Assembly: GCF_049554935.1 (NCBI RefSeq)
Contig: NZ_CP186926.1
Location: forward strand, 512,001 to 576,000
Direction of reading: 5' to 3'
Length of the DNA: 64,000 nucleotides
From: Methanocaldococcus indicus
Lineage (GTDB): Archaea > AGJL01 > Methanococci > Methanococcales > Methanocaldococcaceae
The notes under the pieces are model-generated. The model did not search any database. It was not told the origin of the DNA and saw nothing but the letters and a program-made list of their open reading frames with translations. The stretch's first letter is position 1, and each line of letters begins with the position of its first letter. Shown here in pieces: positions 51,039 through 61,131 of the stretch. Both the position numbers and the translations under genes were made by a program.

Positions 51039-51155
51039 GGGGGTGTGGTGTAGCCTGGCCTATCATCGGGGACTCCAGTTACCTACAGGGTGCTGGACCA
51101 CCCCGTTGGTAGGAGAAATCCCCGGACCTGGGTTCAAATCCCAGCACCCCCACCA
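51039..51155 (+). tRNA. tRNA-Trp(CCA) with 39-nt intron (51079-51117) and encoded CCA end
   Basis: GGGGGTG/CACCCCC acceptor stem, GGGGA/TCCCC anticodon stem, anticodon CCA 51075-51077, bulge-helix-bulge (CTCC/GGAG), GTTCAAATC T-loop. Confidence 0.95.
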
Positions 51156-51205
51156 ATTATTTATTTTTATACTACCATATATTAATCTATTTGCATAAAT
51201 TATAA

Positions 51206-51727
51206 TTGGTGTTTATTTTGGAACTGGACATAATATTAAAAAATATCAAAAATCTTAAAAAAATTTTAGATTCTAAAGAAACAGATATCTTTATTAACAA
51301 AATATTATCTTCTAAAAGAATATTTATTTTTGGTATAGGTAGAAGTGGATACGTTGGAAGATGCTTTTTTATGAGATTAATGCATCTCAATTTTAATGTT
51401 TATTTTGTTTCTGAAGCTCCTGCTTTTAAAGAAGATGATTTATTGATAGTTATATCAAACACTGGAAAATGTGTAACAATAAAGACAATAATTGAAAAAG
51501 CTAAAAAAATTAGTAATAATATTGTTGTAATTACCTCCAAAAATAGTAAAATTAAAGATATATCCTTTTCTATTGTGTTAGATGTTGATAAAAATAATTA
51601 TCTTCCAATGGGTACAACTTTTGAACATACAGCTTTAATATACTTAGATTTGGTTATAGCTAAAATAATGAAAGTATTAAATAAGAGTGAGGAAGATATT
51701 ATAAAAGAGCATAACAATCTACTATAA
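51206..51727 (+). CDS. phi: 6-phospho-3-hexuloisomerase (SIS domain)
   Basis: IFIFGIGRSG, MRLMHL, ISNTG, LPMGTTFE, HNNL. Confidence 0.88.
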   Translation: MVFILELDIILKNIKNLKKILDSKETDIFINKILSSKRIFIFGIGRSGYVGRCFFMRLMHLNFNVYFVSEAPAFKEDDLLIVISNTGKCVTIKTIIEKAKKISNNIVVITSKNSKIKDISFSIVLDVDKNNYLPMGTTFEHTALIYLDLVIAKIMKVLNKSEEDIIKEHNNLL

Positions 51728-51758
51728 ATGTAAGTTAATAAGTTTTTTGGTGTTAATT

Positions 51759-52844
51759 ATGAAATTTGGTTGGGTTTTAGTTGATGGTAAAAATTGGGAA
51801 GATAGGAAAGAGATTGTAAAGATGGCATTAGAAAGTTCAATTCCTGTTGTTGTTTGTAAGCCAGAAGATATAGAAAAAATAAAAGAACTTGGTAATATAA
51901 AAGTAGCTTCTCACAGTTTAGATGCTGATATTGTCTTAATTAATAAAAATGATAATATAGAATTTTTGAAAGAAGCAAAAGAGAAAGGTAAGGAGACAGC
52001 AGTATATATTCCAATTGAAGGGAAAGAAGATGAAGAACTTGCATCAGAAATTGCAAGATTTGGTTTTGTTGATTACATAATTATAGAGGGTAAGGATTGG
52101 ACAATAATTCCATTAGAGAACTTAATAGCTGATTTGTTCCATAGAGATGTTAAAATTGTTGCAAGTGTAAATAATATTGATGAAGCAAAAACAGCTTATG
52201 AAATCTTGGAGAAAGGAGTTGATGGAACTCTACTTTACCCTAAAAAATTGGAAGATATTAAAGAATTATCAAAACTAATTGATGACTTAAATAAAGAAAA
52301 AGTTCCATTAGATACAGCTACTATAACAAAAGTTGAACCAATAGGTAGTGGAGATAGAGTTTGTATTGACACCTGCTCATTAATGAAGATTGGAGAAGGT
52401 ATGTTAATAGGTTCTTATTCAAGAGCTTTATTCTTAGTGCATTCAGAAACTGTTGAAAATCCTTATGTTGAGACAAGACCATTTAGAGTAAATGCTGGAC
52501 CAGTTCATGCTTATATCTTAACTCCTGGAAATAAAACAAAGTATTTAAGTGAATTAAAAGCAGGAGATAAGGTTTTAATTGTAGATAAAGATGGAAATGC
52601 AAGAGAGGCAATAGTTGGAAGAGTAAAAATAGAAAGAAGACCTTTAATTTTAATTGAAGCAGATTATAAAGGAGATAAAATAAGAACTATTTTACAAAAT
52701 GCTGAAACAATTAGATTAGTTAATGAAAAAGGAGAGCCAGTTTCAGTTGTAGATTTAAAACCAGGAGATAAAGTTTTAGTAAAAATAGATGAAAATGCCA
52801 GACATTTTGGGATGGCTATCAAAGAGACAATTATAGAAAAATAA
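51759..52844 (+). CDS. aroB': 3-dehydroquinate synthase II (archaeal)
   Basis: DWTIIPLENLIA, GDRVCIDT, RPFRVNAGPVHAY, LQNAETI, RHFG. Confidence 0.93.
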   Translation: MKFGWVLVDGKNWEDRKEIVKMALESSIPVVVCKPEDIEKIKELGNIKVASHSLDADIVLINKNDNIEFLKEAKEKGKETAVYIPIEGKEDEELASEIARFGFVDYIIIEGKDWTIIPLENLIADLFHRDVKIVASVNNIDEAKTAYEILEKGVDGTLLYPKKLEDIKELSKLIDDLNKEKVPLDTATITKVEPIGSGDRVCIDTCSLMKIGEGMLIGSYSRALFLVHSETVENPYVETRPFRVNAGPVHAYILTPGNKTKYLSELKAGDKVLIVDKDGNAREAIVGRVKIERRPLILIEADYKGDKIRTILQNAETIRLVNEKGEPVSVVDLKPGDKVLVKIDENARHFGMAIKETIIEK

Positions 52845-52863
52845 ATAAAAAAGGGGATATTAA

Positions 52864-53235
52864 ATGTTCAGAGTTTTTGGTAGATTAAAAGAGATTAAAG
52901 TTAAAAAGGAAGATATAAAAAAACATTTAAAGATAACAGGAGATGTTATAGTTGAGCCTATAATTGCAGATGAATCCAAGGAGATTAAAAAAGGAGACAT
53001 TATCCCAATAAAAATTAGAAAAATTAAGATACCTCCAAAATCTGTCATTATATTATGTCCTTATGCACTTAATAGACATGGACATGTCTTAGCTGTTGGT
53101 GAAGAGATTCCTCTACCTATAGATGTTGAAAGATGTGTTGATTTGGCTACATTTGTATGTGTATTAGATGGAGAGATAAAAGAAGGTGATGTATTAGGAA
53201 CTCTTTTAATATCCTCTGGAGATATTAAGGAGTAG
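52864..53235 (+). CDS. DUF22-like protein
   Basis: EPIIADE..EIKKGD..PIKIRKIKIP, DGEIKEGDVLG. Confidence 0.7.
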   Translation: MFRVFGRLKEIKVKKEDIKKHLKITGDVIVEPIIADESKEIKKGDIIPIKIRKIKIPPKSVIILCPYALNRHGHVLAVGEEIPLPIDVERCVDLATFVCVLDGEIKEGDVLGTLLISSGDIKE

Positions 53236-53294
53236 CTTTTAATATAATAATTCAATACAATTTTTAAGTTATAAGAAGATGTAGGGAGATAGCA

Positions 53295-54341
53295 ATGAAG
53301 ATAAAAGTTGGAGTTTTAGGAGCTACTGGTAGTGTTGGGCAGAGATTTGTTCAGTTGTTGGCTGAGCATCCAATATTTGAGTTAGAAGTTTTAGCAGCAT
53401 CTGAGAGAAGTGCTGGAAAGAAGTATAAAGATGCATGTTATTGGACACAAGATACAGATATTCCTGAAAAAATAAAAGATATGGTAGTTGTTCCAACAGA
53501 TGCAAAGCATGAAGCTTTTAAAGATGTAGATATTGTTTTTTCAGCTTTACCATCTGATTTAGCAAAGATTTATGAGAAAGAATTTGCAAAAGAAGGAAAA
53601 ATAGTATTTTCTAATGCATCAGCTCATAGAATGGAGGAAGATGTTCCTTTAGTTGTTCCAGAAGTTAATGCAAATCATATGGAAATAATTGATATACAAA
53701 GAGAAAAAAGAGGATGGGATGGAGCAATAATAACCAATCCTAACTGTTCAACTATTTGCTGTGTAATAACTCTAAAACCAATTATGGACAAGTTTGGATT
53801 GGATTCAGTTATTGTAACAACTTTACAAGCTGTTTCAGGAGCTGGATGGAATGGAGTTCCTTCAATGGCTATCTTAGATAACCTAATTCCATATATAAAA
53901 AATGAAGAAGAAAAGATGCAAACAGAAAGTTTAAAAATCTTAGGAGATTTAGAGGATAACAAATTTAAATTTGCAGATTTCAAATTATCAGCTTCATGTA
54001 ATAGAGTAGCTGTTATAGATGGACATACTGAATGTATATTTGTTAAAACTAAGGAGAAAGTTGAGCCAGATGAGATAAAAGAAGTTATGGATAAATTTGA
54101 CCCACTAAAAGACCTAAATCTCCCAACCTATGCAAAGCCAATAGTAATAAGAGAAGAAGTAGATAGACCACAACCAAGATTAGATAGAAATACTGGAAAA
54201 GGAATGAGTATAGTTGTTGGTAGAATTAGAAAAGATAATATCTTTGATGTTAAATATGTTGCATTGGAGCATAATACAATAAGAGGAGCAGCAGGAGCAA
54301 GTGTGTTAAATGCAGAATACTTCATAAAAAAATACTGGTGA
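53295..54341 (+). CDS. asd: Aspartate-semialdehyde dehydrogenase
   Basis: [37 protein letters not shown]. Confidence 0.96.
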   Translation: MKIKVGVLGATGSVGQRFVQLLAEHPIFELEVLAASERSAGKKYKDACYWTQDTDIPEKIKDMVVVPTDAKHEAFKDVDIVFSALPSDLAKIYEKEFAKEGKIVFSNASAHRMEEDVPLVVPEVNANHMEIIDIQREKRGWDGAIITNPNCSTICCVITLKPIMDKFGLDSVIVTTLQAVSGAGWNGVPSMAILDNLIPYIKNEEEKMQTESLKILGDLEDNKFKFADFKLSASCNRVAVIDGHTECIFVKTKEKVEPDEIKEVMDKFDPLKDLNLPTYAKPIVIREEVDRPQPRLDRNTGKGMSIVVGRIRKDNIFDVKYVALEHNTIRGAAGASVLNAEYFIKKYW

Positions 54342-54347
54342 TATTAA

Positions 54348-54596
54348 ATGCCATCAGAAAAATTAACTGAATTATTAAATGAATTAGAAACTTTAATGAA
54401 CAAAGAAAAAAAGTATATAGAGTTAATCACTACTGTTGAATATCTTTTAAATTTAATTGAGCCATCTAAAAGAGATAAATTTAGAGAAGCTTTAAATGAT
54501 GCTGAAACAATAGAGGATGTTTATGAATTAATAAAAGCTATAAAATTACAATTAGGAATACAAGGAGCAAAGAAATATATTTTAACAATTGAATAA
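54348..54596 (+). CDS. Small hypothetical helical protein
   Basis: GGTGA RBS, directly downstream of asd, typical codon usage. Confidence 0.75.
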   Translation: MPSEKLTELLNELETLMNKEKKYIELITTVEYLLNLIEPSKRDKFREALNDAETIEDVYELIKAIKLQLGIQGAKKYILTIE

Positions 54597-54634
54597 ATGA
54601 ATACTTTTTTTAATAAATTAAAAATAAAAAAATT

Positions 54635-55690
54635 TTATGTGGTAGAGCTTTCAGAGTCATTATATAACTCATCTCCTATATTAACCTCTTCTTCAAATCC
54701 TTTACTATCTTTTAATGTCTCTATCCTAAACATATATGACTTATACCAAATCTTTTCAGGTTTCTTTTTTACAGGAGATAGTTTCCAAGCTCTTGTTTCT
54801 TCTTCATAACCCCAATTAATGTAATGGTTAAAATCTTTTATTAAATCTGTTATAACTACATTAAACTCATTTAATAATATTTTTTGAATTTCTCTCCATT
54901 TGTCTAATGAACTCTCTCTTCTTGTAATTCCAAAATAACCAGCACATCTCTCTCCTTTTAAGGAAGATATTCCTCTACCAATAAATGTTCTTATAGCATA
55001 GACAGTTTCTGGAGGGTCAGTTATAAAAGTATCAAATTTTTTAGCATAACTTTCTGGAAGAGGTTTTCTTAAATCTAAGGTTATAACTTCTATATTTTTA
55101 TAGTTCAATTTTTCAGCAGTCTCTTTTATAAAGTTCATTAACCTTTCATCAATATCAACAGCTACAATTCTTTTTGGTAAGTTTGTGAGCATTAAGGCAA
55201 TTGATGTTAAGTCATCATCTCCTAAAACTAAAACCTCTTTATTAAATAAATCTCCTCTTGAATGCATTAAAGCAACTCTTGCAATTGTACATTCAGGAGT
55301 AACAAAACCTTGGTCATATTCATGTTTTGGTAGAGGTCTATCTTTTGTTATTTCTTTAAATTTCTCTAAAATATCTGAAAATTGCTTTATACTAACTCCT
55401 CTACCTTCACAACAACCACAAACTAACTCCTCTCTCTTGCTTATTCCATATTTTTTAGTAAGTTCTAAACCTTTCTCTGTTAATTTTATTGTGTTATTTT
55501 CTATTTTAACTAAACCTTCTTCCTCTAAAACTTTTATTATCTCAGCAACCAATGGTAATGGCTCTTCACTCAAAGCTACTATATTCCAAAAGTCTCCATT
55601 TGCTAAAATAGCTGATAAAACATTTTCAATACTTCTCTTATATACTGGAATATCTATCCTTTTTTTTACTTTTTCTAATATATTTTCCAT
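54635..55690 (-). CDS. bpsA: Branched-chain polyamine synthase A
   Basis: CGCCEGRG, EYDQGFVT, LGDDDLTS, TDPPET, WGYEEETRAW. Confidence 0.9.
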   Translation of the reverse strand: MENILEKVKKRIDIPVYKRSIENVLSAILANGDFWNIVALSEEPLPLVAEIIKVLEEEGLVKIENNTIKLTEKGLELTKKYGISKREELVCGCCEGRGVSIKQFSDILEKFKEITKDRPLPKHEYDQGFVTPECTIARVALMHSRGDLFNKEVLVLGDDDLTSIALMLTNLPKRIVAVDIDERLMNFIKETAEKLNYKNIEVITLDLRKPLPESYAKKFDTFITDPPETVYAIRTFIGRGISSLKGERCAGYFGITRRESSLDKWREIQKILLNEFNVVITDLIKDFNHYINWGYEEETRAWKLSPVKKKPEKIWYKSYMFRIETLKDSKGFEEEVNIGDELYNDSESSTT

Positions 55691-56157
55691 TATCTCACCA
55701 ATCTATAAACTGCTTTTTGTCCTAAACCTTCATAAATAGATGTTTCAATCCACTTAATATTATCTAAATTTAGCTCTTTGTTTATTTTATTTGCAATATA
55801 GATAGCTAAATCTTCTGCTGATGTTGATGGTATAGGAAGAAGTATAACATCTTCAACAGGAATTAAATACTCTTTCTCTTTATATTTAAAATATATGCTC
55901 TTATCTCTCAGTTCATAAATCAGGTGTTTATGATACTTAGGAAGTAGAAGTTTGTGGTCTAACTCCTTACAGATATTTTTAGCTATTTTTTTAACAATTT
56001 TAAAGTCACATAAAAACTCATCTTTTTTTTCTCCAAATAGTTTAACATCTAAATAGTATGTGTGCCCATGAATTCCTCCACAGGTTTTATGTCCAAATAC
56101 AATATGTGAAGAAGAAAATTTTAAATTTGAATATAGCCCATTAATTTCTATAATCAT
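55690..56157 (-). CDS. queD: 6-carboxytetrahydropterin synthase / PTPS family
   Basis: FSSSH, CGGIHGHTY, LDHKLL, SAEDLA. Confidence 0.8.
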   Translation of the reverse strand: MIIEINGLYSNLKFSSSHIVFGHKTCGGIHGHTYYLDVKLFGEKKDEFLCDFKIVKKIAKNICKELDHKLLLPKYHKHLIYELRDKSIYFKYKEKEYLIPVEDVILLPIPSTSAEDLAIYIANKINKELNLDNIKWIETSIYEGLGQKAVYRLVR

Positions 56158-56648
56158 TATGTTTTCACCTTTTTTTCTTTGAAATAGTAAATTAGCCCAC
56201 CAGCATTAAGAATCTCTCTTTCAATGCCCTTAGGAGCTGAGCATTTAATGGTTTTATTTTTATTTAAAATCTTTATTTCCTCTTTATCTAAATCTATCTC
56301 AATAATATCTCCTTCCCCTATCTCATCAGTATTTGCCAATATTGGAATTAATCCGTTATTTATTGCGTTTCTATAAAAGATTCTTGCAAAACTTTTAGCT
56401 ACAACCGCTTGAATTCCTAAGTATTTTATAGACAGAACAGCTTGCTCTCTTGAAGAACCACATCCAAAATTTTCTCCTGCAACTATTATATCTCCTTCTT
56501 TAACTTTCTTTGAAAAATCTTTGTCTATTCCATACATACAATACTTAGCCAACTCATAAGGATTTGTTGTCCTCAAATAAGCTCCTGGAATTATTATATC
56601 TGTATCTATGTCATCCCCAAATTTCCAAACTCTTCCTTTTATTTTCAC
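56157..56648 (-). CDS. aksE: Homoaconitase small subunit (LeuD family)
   Basis: DDIDTDIIIPG-AYLRT (YLRT loop), NFGCGSSREQA, SFARIFYRN. Confidence 0.8.
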   Translation of the reverse strand: MKIKGRVWKFGDDIDTDIIIPGAYLRTTNPYELAKYCMYGIDKDFSKKVKEGDIIVAGENFGCGSSREQAVLSIKYLGIQAVVAKSFARIFYRNAINNGLIPILANTDEIGEGDIIEIDLDKEEIKILNKNKTIKCSAPKGIEREILNAGGLIYYFKEKKVKT

Positions 56649-56652
56649 AATT

Positions 56653-57315
56653 TCACCTAAATCTTTCAATAATTTCTTTTAATCTTAGAGTTCCATTATG
56701 GATAGCTGTTCCTATTAAAACTCCATCTATTCCTAAATTGTAGCATTTTTCTAAATCTTCTAAATCTTTAATACCTCCTCCAACATAAATAGGATTGTTG
56801 GTTTTGTCTAAAACCTCTTTTATAAGAGGAAGGTTTAACCCTCTCTTAGTTCCAACTGCTGAAATATCTAAAATAATTAAAGGAACATTTTTATTTACAA
56901 TACTTAATATAAAATCTAAATCATAGTTTAATAATTTACCATTTTTAAAATCTAAGCTCACTATAATATCTTTCTCTTTAAGAAGAGTTAAATCTCTTAA
57001 AGTTTCTAATCCCAATATTGGAGTAAATAAATCTTTGACTTTTTCATAATCTTCTCTCTTTCTTATACCACAATCGACAATCTTATTTATATCTAAATTA
57101 ACAATAATATCAAGATTATTCCCTTTTCTTTCTATAGCATCTAAGTCTGCTATATACACAGTATTGGCTAATTCTTCTTTATATTTATCTACAATCTCTA
57201 TAGGATTTGAAGAATTAACAAGAACTGACTTTAATGGTTTATAGTTCTCTCTATCCCCAGATTTCCCTGAAACAGCAATTCCATTTTTTATATCTAAGAC
57301 AGGAATTATTTCCAT
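56653..57315 (-). CDS. HisA/HisF-related TIM barrel protein
   Basis: IIPVLDIKNGIAV.G..G.R..Y.P, YIADLDAI, YVGGGI, LIGTAIH. Confidence 0.85.
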   Translation of the reverse strand: MEIIPVLDIKNGIAVSGKSGDRENYKPLKSVLVNSSNPIEIVDKYKEELANTVYIADLDAIERKGNNLDIIVNLDINKIVDCGIRKREDYEKVKDLFTPILGLETLRDLTLLKEKDIIVSLDFKNGKLLNYDLDFILSIVNKNVPLIILDISAVGTKRGLNLPLIKEVLDKTNNPIYVGGGIKDLEDLEKCYNLGIDGVLIGTAIHNGTLRLKEIIERFR

Positions 57316-57342
57316 AAAATCCCTCTAATTTGTTGTGATACA

Positions 57343-58245
57343 ATGAAATGCTCCTGTGGAAATGAAGCTATATATTATCAAAAATATTCAAACAAATATT
57401 TATGTAAAGAGTGCTTTATTAAAGATGTTGAAAGAAGAGTAAAAAAAACATTAGGAAAAGATATCTTAAGAAGAAATGTAAAGATAGCTATTGGTATTAG
57501 TGGTGGAAAAGATAGCTTAGTAATGGCACATATATTAAAAAAATTATTTAAAAATATTCCTAATGTTGAACTAACAGCTGTATTTATTGATGAGGGTATA
57601 AAAAATTTTAGAGATAAAGCAAAAGAGATAATTGTTGATTTTTGTAAAAAAAATAGTTTAGATTTAAAAATTGTCAAGTTTAAAGATGAGATTAAATTCT
57701 CATTAGATGAAATTGTTAAAAACAACTATTTAGAAAAATTAAATATTGGGAAACCATGCTCATTCTGTGGAGTTGTTAGAAGATACCTATTAAATAAACA
57801 TGCAAAAGGTTATGACTTTTTAGCTATTGGACATAATTTAGATGATTTTGCTCAAACTATTTTAATGAACTATATTGAAGGAAATATAAAAAATCTTATT
57901 CAATTTGGAAAATCCACAGAAGGATTTGTTAAAAGAATTAAACCACTAAAATTAATCCCTGAGGAAGAAGTTAAGTTATATGCAAACTTGTTAAATATAA
58001 GATATCAAAGTACTCCATGTCCTTATTCATCATTATCATATAGACATAGAATTAAAGACATACTAAATAACTTAGAAAGTTTTAAACCAGGTGTTAGATA
58101 CAGTATATTAAGAGGATATGAAAAATTAATAAGCTTAGTTGATTACAAAGAAAAAGTAAATAGATGTAAAATTTGTGGTTATCCTTGTAGCGGAGAAGTA
58201 TGTAAGGTTTGTGAATGGTTAAAAAAATTGAATGTGATAGAATGA
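57343..58245 (+). CDS. tRNA 2-thiolation PP-loop protein (TtuA/NcsA family)
   Basis: N- and C-terminal Zn fingers, SGGKDS, PCSFCGVVRR, GHNLDD, CPY. Confidence 0.88.
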   Translation: MKCSCGNEAIYYQKYSNKYLCKECFIKDVERRVKKTLGKDILRRNVKIAIGISGGKDSLVMAHILKKLFKNIPNVELTAVFIDEGIKNFRDKAKEIIVDFCKKNSLDLKIVKFKDEIKFSLDEIVKNNYLEKLNIGKPCSFCGVVRRYLLNKHAKGYDFLAIGHNLDDFAQTILMNYIEGNIKNLIQFGKSTEGFVKRIKPLKLIPEEEVKLYANLLNIRYQSTPCPYSSLSYRHRIKDILNNLESFKPGVRYSILRGYEKLISLVDYKEKVNRCKICGYPCSGEVCKVCEWLKKLNVIE

Positions 58246-58610
58246 TTGAATTAGCTAAAAATCATTTTAAAAAAGTTATATTGTTAAATATAAATAGAAA
58301 ATGTCAATACTACCCATGTCATTTTGATGGACAAACTTGCTTATGGTGCTTTTGCCCATTTTATCCATGTGAAGATGAAGATTTAGGGGAGTATATTGAA
58401 AGAAAAGATGGAACTAAAATATGGAGTTGTATGAATTGTTTATGGATACATAGAGTAGATGTATCAACAGAAATCCTAAAAGAAATTTTATACCTAATTA
58501 AAGATAAAGATTTAGATACTGCAATAAATATTTTTGAAGATAGAGAGCTGTTGTTAAAAATAAAAGAAAAAGTTAAAGAGAAGTATCCTAACAATGTGGT
58601 GGAAGGTTGA
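58242..58610 (+). CDS. Cysteine-rich small domain protein
   Basis: CQYYPCH...CLWCFCPFYPC...WSCMNCLWIH. Confidence 0.85.
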   Translation: MIELAKNHFKKVILLNINRKCQYYPCHFDGQTCLWCFCPFYPCEDEDLGEYIERKDGTKIWSCMNCLWIHRVDVSTEILKEILYLIKDKDLDTAINIFEDRELLLKIKEKVKEKYPNNVVEG

Positions 58611-59602
58611 ATTTATTAGATGTTGCATATATAATAAATCTTATTATATTAATTTTAGCTTCAATTGAAGATATTAAATATAAAATAATCCCTCATAAGT
58701 ATGTCATTTTAATGTTTTTAATAAATCTTTCAATTGGATATTTTTATTTTGGAGTTGATGCTATTATTGCTCTATTTTCAACATTTATTTTATGTTTAAT
58801 TTTAAGTATTGGTATGGGAGGAGGGGATGTAAAGGTTTTTACTGCTTTATCTCCTATATTTGCTTATGATTTTATCTATTATATCCCAAAACCTATTTTA
58901 ATCATAATCTCTCTAAGTATGATTTTGGTAGCCATCTTTCCTCTCTATAAAATCTTTATAAAAAATTATAAGGATATTTTACTCTCATCTGGATATTTAG
59001 CAACAGTTATGGGAGTATTAACATATTTAGTTAATTCTTACAATATAAAGTTTGGAAGTTTAATAATTTGGGGTTATATAATTCTTTCAATATTTATCTC
59101 AAGAAAATACAAAAAATATAAGGAAATTATGAAAAAATTAGGGTTTATTTTTCCTATTTATTTAATAATTATTTTTTTATTAAATCATGAGTATGCCAAA
59201 CTTTCAATAATCTATTTTTTAGAATTAATAATGATATCAGTTGTTATATATGCACTAACTGGTGAAGAAATATCTGAAAAGAAAAAGATTGATGAGTTGG
59301 AGGAAGGGGATATTTTAAAAGATGTTATTATATATAATGATGACAAAGTTGAAATAAAAAATCTTAATATATTTGGTAGAATAAAGTTTTTAATTGATAA
59401 TGAACTAAAAAAGATAAATAAAGAGGATATTAATTATATTTTATGTGATGGAGAAGGTTTAAGTAAAGAAAATATTAAGAAAATCAAAGATTTATATAAA
59501 AAAGGGAAAATTCCTGAAACTCTTAATGTAATTAAAGTTTATCCTTTCTTACCATTTGTCACTGTAAGTTATGCTTTATATTTATTGTATGTGAAACTAT
59601 GA
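58607..59602 (+). CDS. eppA: Type IV prepilin peptidase EppA (A24 family)
   Basis: SIED, GMGGGDVK (GxGD), YPFLPF; multi-TM; followed by class III signal pilins. Confidence 0.85.
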   Translation: MNLLDVAYIINLIILILASIEDIKYKIIPHKYVILMFLINLSIGYFYFGVDAIIALFSTFILCLILSIGMGGGDVKVFTALSPIFAYDFIYYIPKPILIIISLSMILVAIFPLYKIFIKNYKDILLSSGYLATVMGVLTYLVNSYNIKFGSLIIWGYIILSIFISRKYKKYKEIMKKLGFIFPIYLIIIFLLNHEYAKLSIIYFLELIMISVVIYALTGEEISEKKKIDELEEGDILKDVIIYNDDKVEIKNLNIFGRIKFLIDNELKKINKEDINYILCDGEGLSKENIKKIKDLYKKGKIPETLNVIKVYPFLPFVTVSYALYLLYVKL

Positions 59603-59952
59603 GAGGACAGCTATCCTTAGAGTTTGCTATTATATTTTTAGGAATTTTAGTTTTATCTATTGTAACAATATACAACTTTTTAAATATCACTTTATTTCCA
59701 AATGATTCTTTATCTACAATAGATATTGAAAAAATTTCATCAACTGCAAGAACAGCCATAAACTTGGTAAATTCTGGATATAGAGGTTTTAATGAAACTG
59801 TTTATTATGTTGGAATAACTTATGAAGGATACAATGTTACTGTTTATATAACTCCAAATGTTTCAGAAGATGTTAAAAATTTTATTGTATCATATATTAA
59901 GAATAACTCTAATATTAATAAAAATTATTCATTGATTATAGCTGCATATTGA
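59599..59952 (+). CDS. Class III signal peptide pilin-like protein (EpdA-like)
   Basis: MRG|QLSLEF followed by hydrophobic helix. Confidence 0.85.
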   Translation: MRGQLSLEFAIIFLGILVLSIVTIYNFLNITLFPNDSLSTIDIEKISSTARTAINLVNSGYRGFNETVYYVGITYEGYNVTVYITPNVSEDVKNFIVSYIKNNSNINKNYSLIIAAY

Positions 59953-59962
59953 GGAGGTATTT

Positions 59963-61129
59963 ATGGTTGATATTTCAAAGATTAAATCTCTAAAAGAAAA
60001 AAGTAAAGGAAGAAGACCAAAAAGTAATATTAAACTGTTAATATTTGTTCTTGTTGTTATTATTGTTGCTGGTGTTTTGGCCATAATTGTTCCTGACATA
60101 ATTAAAACTATCCAGTTGGAGAAAGAAACTAAATTAAAGTTAGAAATTGAAACTTTAAATAAAGCTAAAGAATCTGCTAAACAAACTATAAATAATCTTT
60201 TTAAAAATTTCCCAAATGACCCAATGAAAAATGTATTTTTAAGTAAAATAGACAGTGCTAAATCTGTTGATGAAATTAATAAAATTATTGATGAAGCTAA
60301 AAAATATGTTGAGCTTAAACAACTAAAAGAAAAGTTAATTAATAATATAAAAAATATTTATGGTAAGTATTACCAAATTAGTCCATTAGCTCAAGAAGTA
60401 ATAATAAAAATACAAAATGCTCAAACATCTGAAGAAGCAAGTAAGATATTTGAAAGATATATAAATGAGATGTATAATGATGCAAAAACATATTATATAA
60501 ATGATTTAAAAAATCAAGTTTCTGGAGCTAAGTATGTAAGAGTTGATATTAATGGTATTAAAGAGTTATATACCTATAATGAATTTATTAGTGTGCTAAA
60601 TACTTATGGTTTAGAGACATTAAAGTCAATAAAAGTATATAAAGTAACATTGGTTGAAATTCCTTTATTAATTAAAGCAGACAAATGTGGTTTATTGCCA
60701 AAAGATGGAGAAAAAATAATTATTGTAGATAAAAACAATAAAAACACTACAATTTATGGATTTGTTAAAGAAGCTTTTGTAGTAACTCCTAAATCAATAT
60801 CATACAGTGAATCAAAATCAGTATCTTCAGAGGTTAATTATGATGGAACTACATTAAACTCACAAAGTAAAAATGAGCAAATATCTTATTCATTGAATAA
60901 TTTAGATAATATCTTACAAGCAGCAATAATTGGGAAAGTTAATTACAATTTAGTAATATCAAAATTAAGAGATTATGGATATAGATTAAATAGGATTTCA
61001 GAAAGCACACAACTATTTAACAAAGATACTGAGTATTTATTGATAGTTTCAGTACCTAATGATGAAATAAACAATATTCTAAAAATACCATCAGATAATT
61101 TATACATAATAAAACCTGAAAGTGAGTAG
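59963..61129 (+). CDS. DUF515-like pilus-associated protein
   Basis: Basic N-terminus, single TM, helical stalk, ISYSESKS and SYSLNNL..IL.A motifs; position in epd locus. Confidence 0.75.
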   Translation: MVDISKIKSLKEKSKGRRPKSNIKLLIFVLVVIIVAGVLAIIVPDIIKTIQLEKETKLKLEIETLNKAKESAKQTINNLFKNFPNDPMKNVFLSKIDSAKSVDEINKIIDEAKKYVELKQLKEKLINNIKNIYGKYYQISPLAQEVIIKIQNAQTSEEASKIFERYINEMYNDAKTYYINDLKNQVSGAKYVRVDINGIKELYTYNEFISVLNTYGLETLKSIKVYKVTLVEIPLLIKADKCGLLPKDGEKIIIVDKNNKNTTIYGFVKEAFVVTPKSISYSESKSVSSEVNYDGTTLNSQSKNEQISYSLNNLDNILQAAIIGKVNYNLVISKLRDYGYRLNRISESTQLFNKDTEYLLIVSVPNDEINNILKIPSDNLYIIKPESE

Positions 61130-61131
61130 CT

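Noticed and set aside
51039-51205. tRNA-Trp as an integration site
   Set aside because: No duplicated tRNA fragment or integrase seen in the window
55185-55739. 184-aa ORF on the + strand
   Set aside because: Antisense shadow of bpsA; Ser/Phe/Ile-rich composition typical of reverse-frame artefacts
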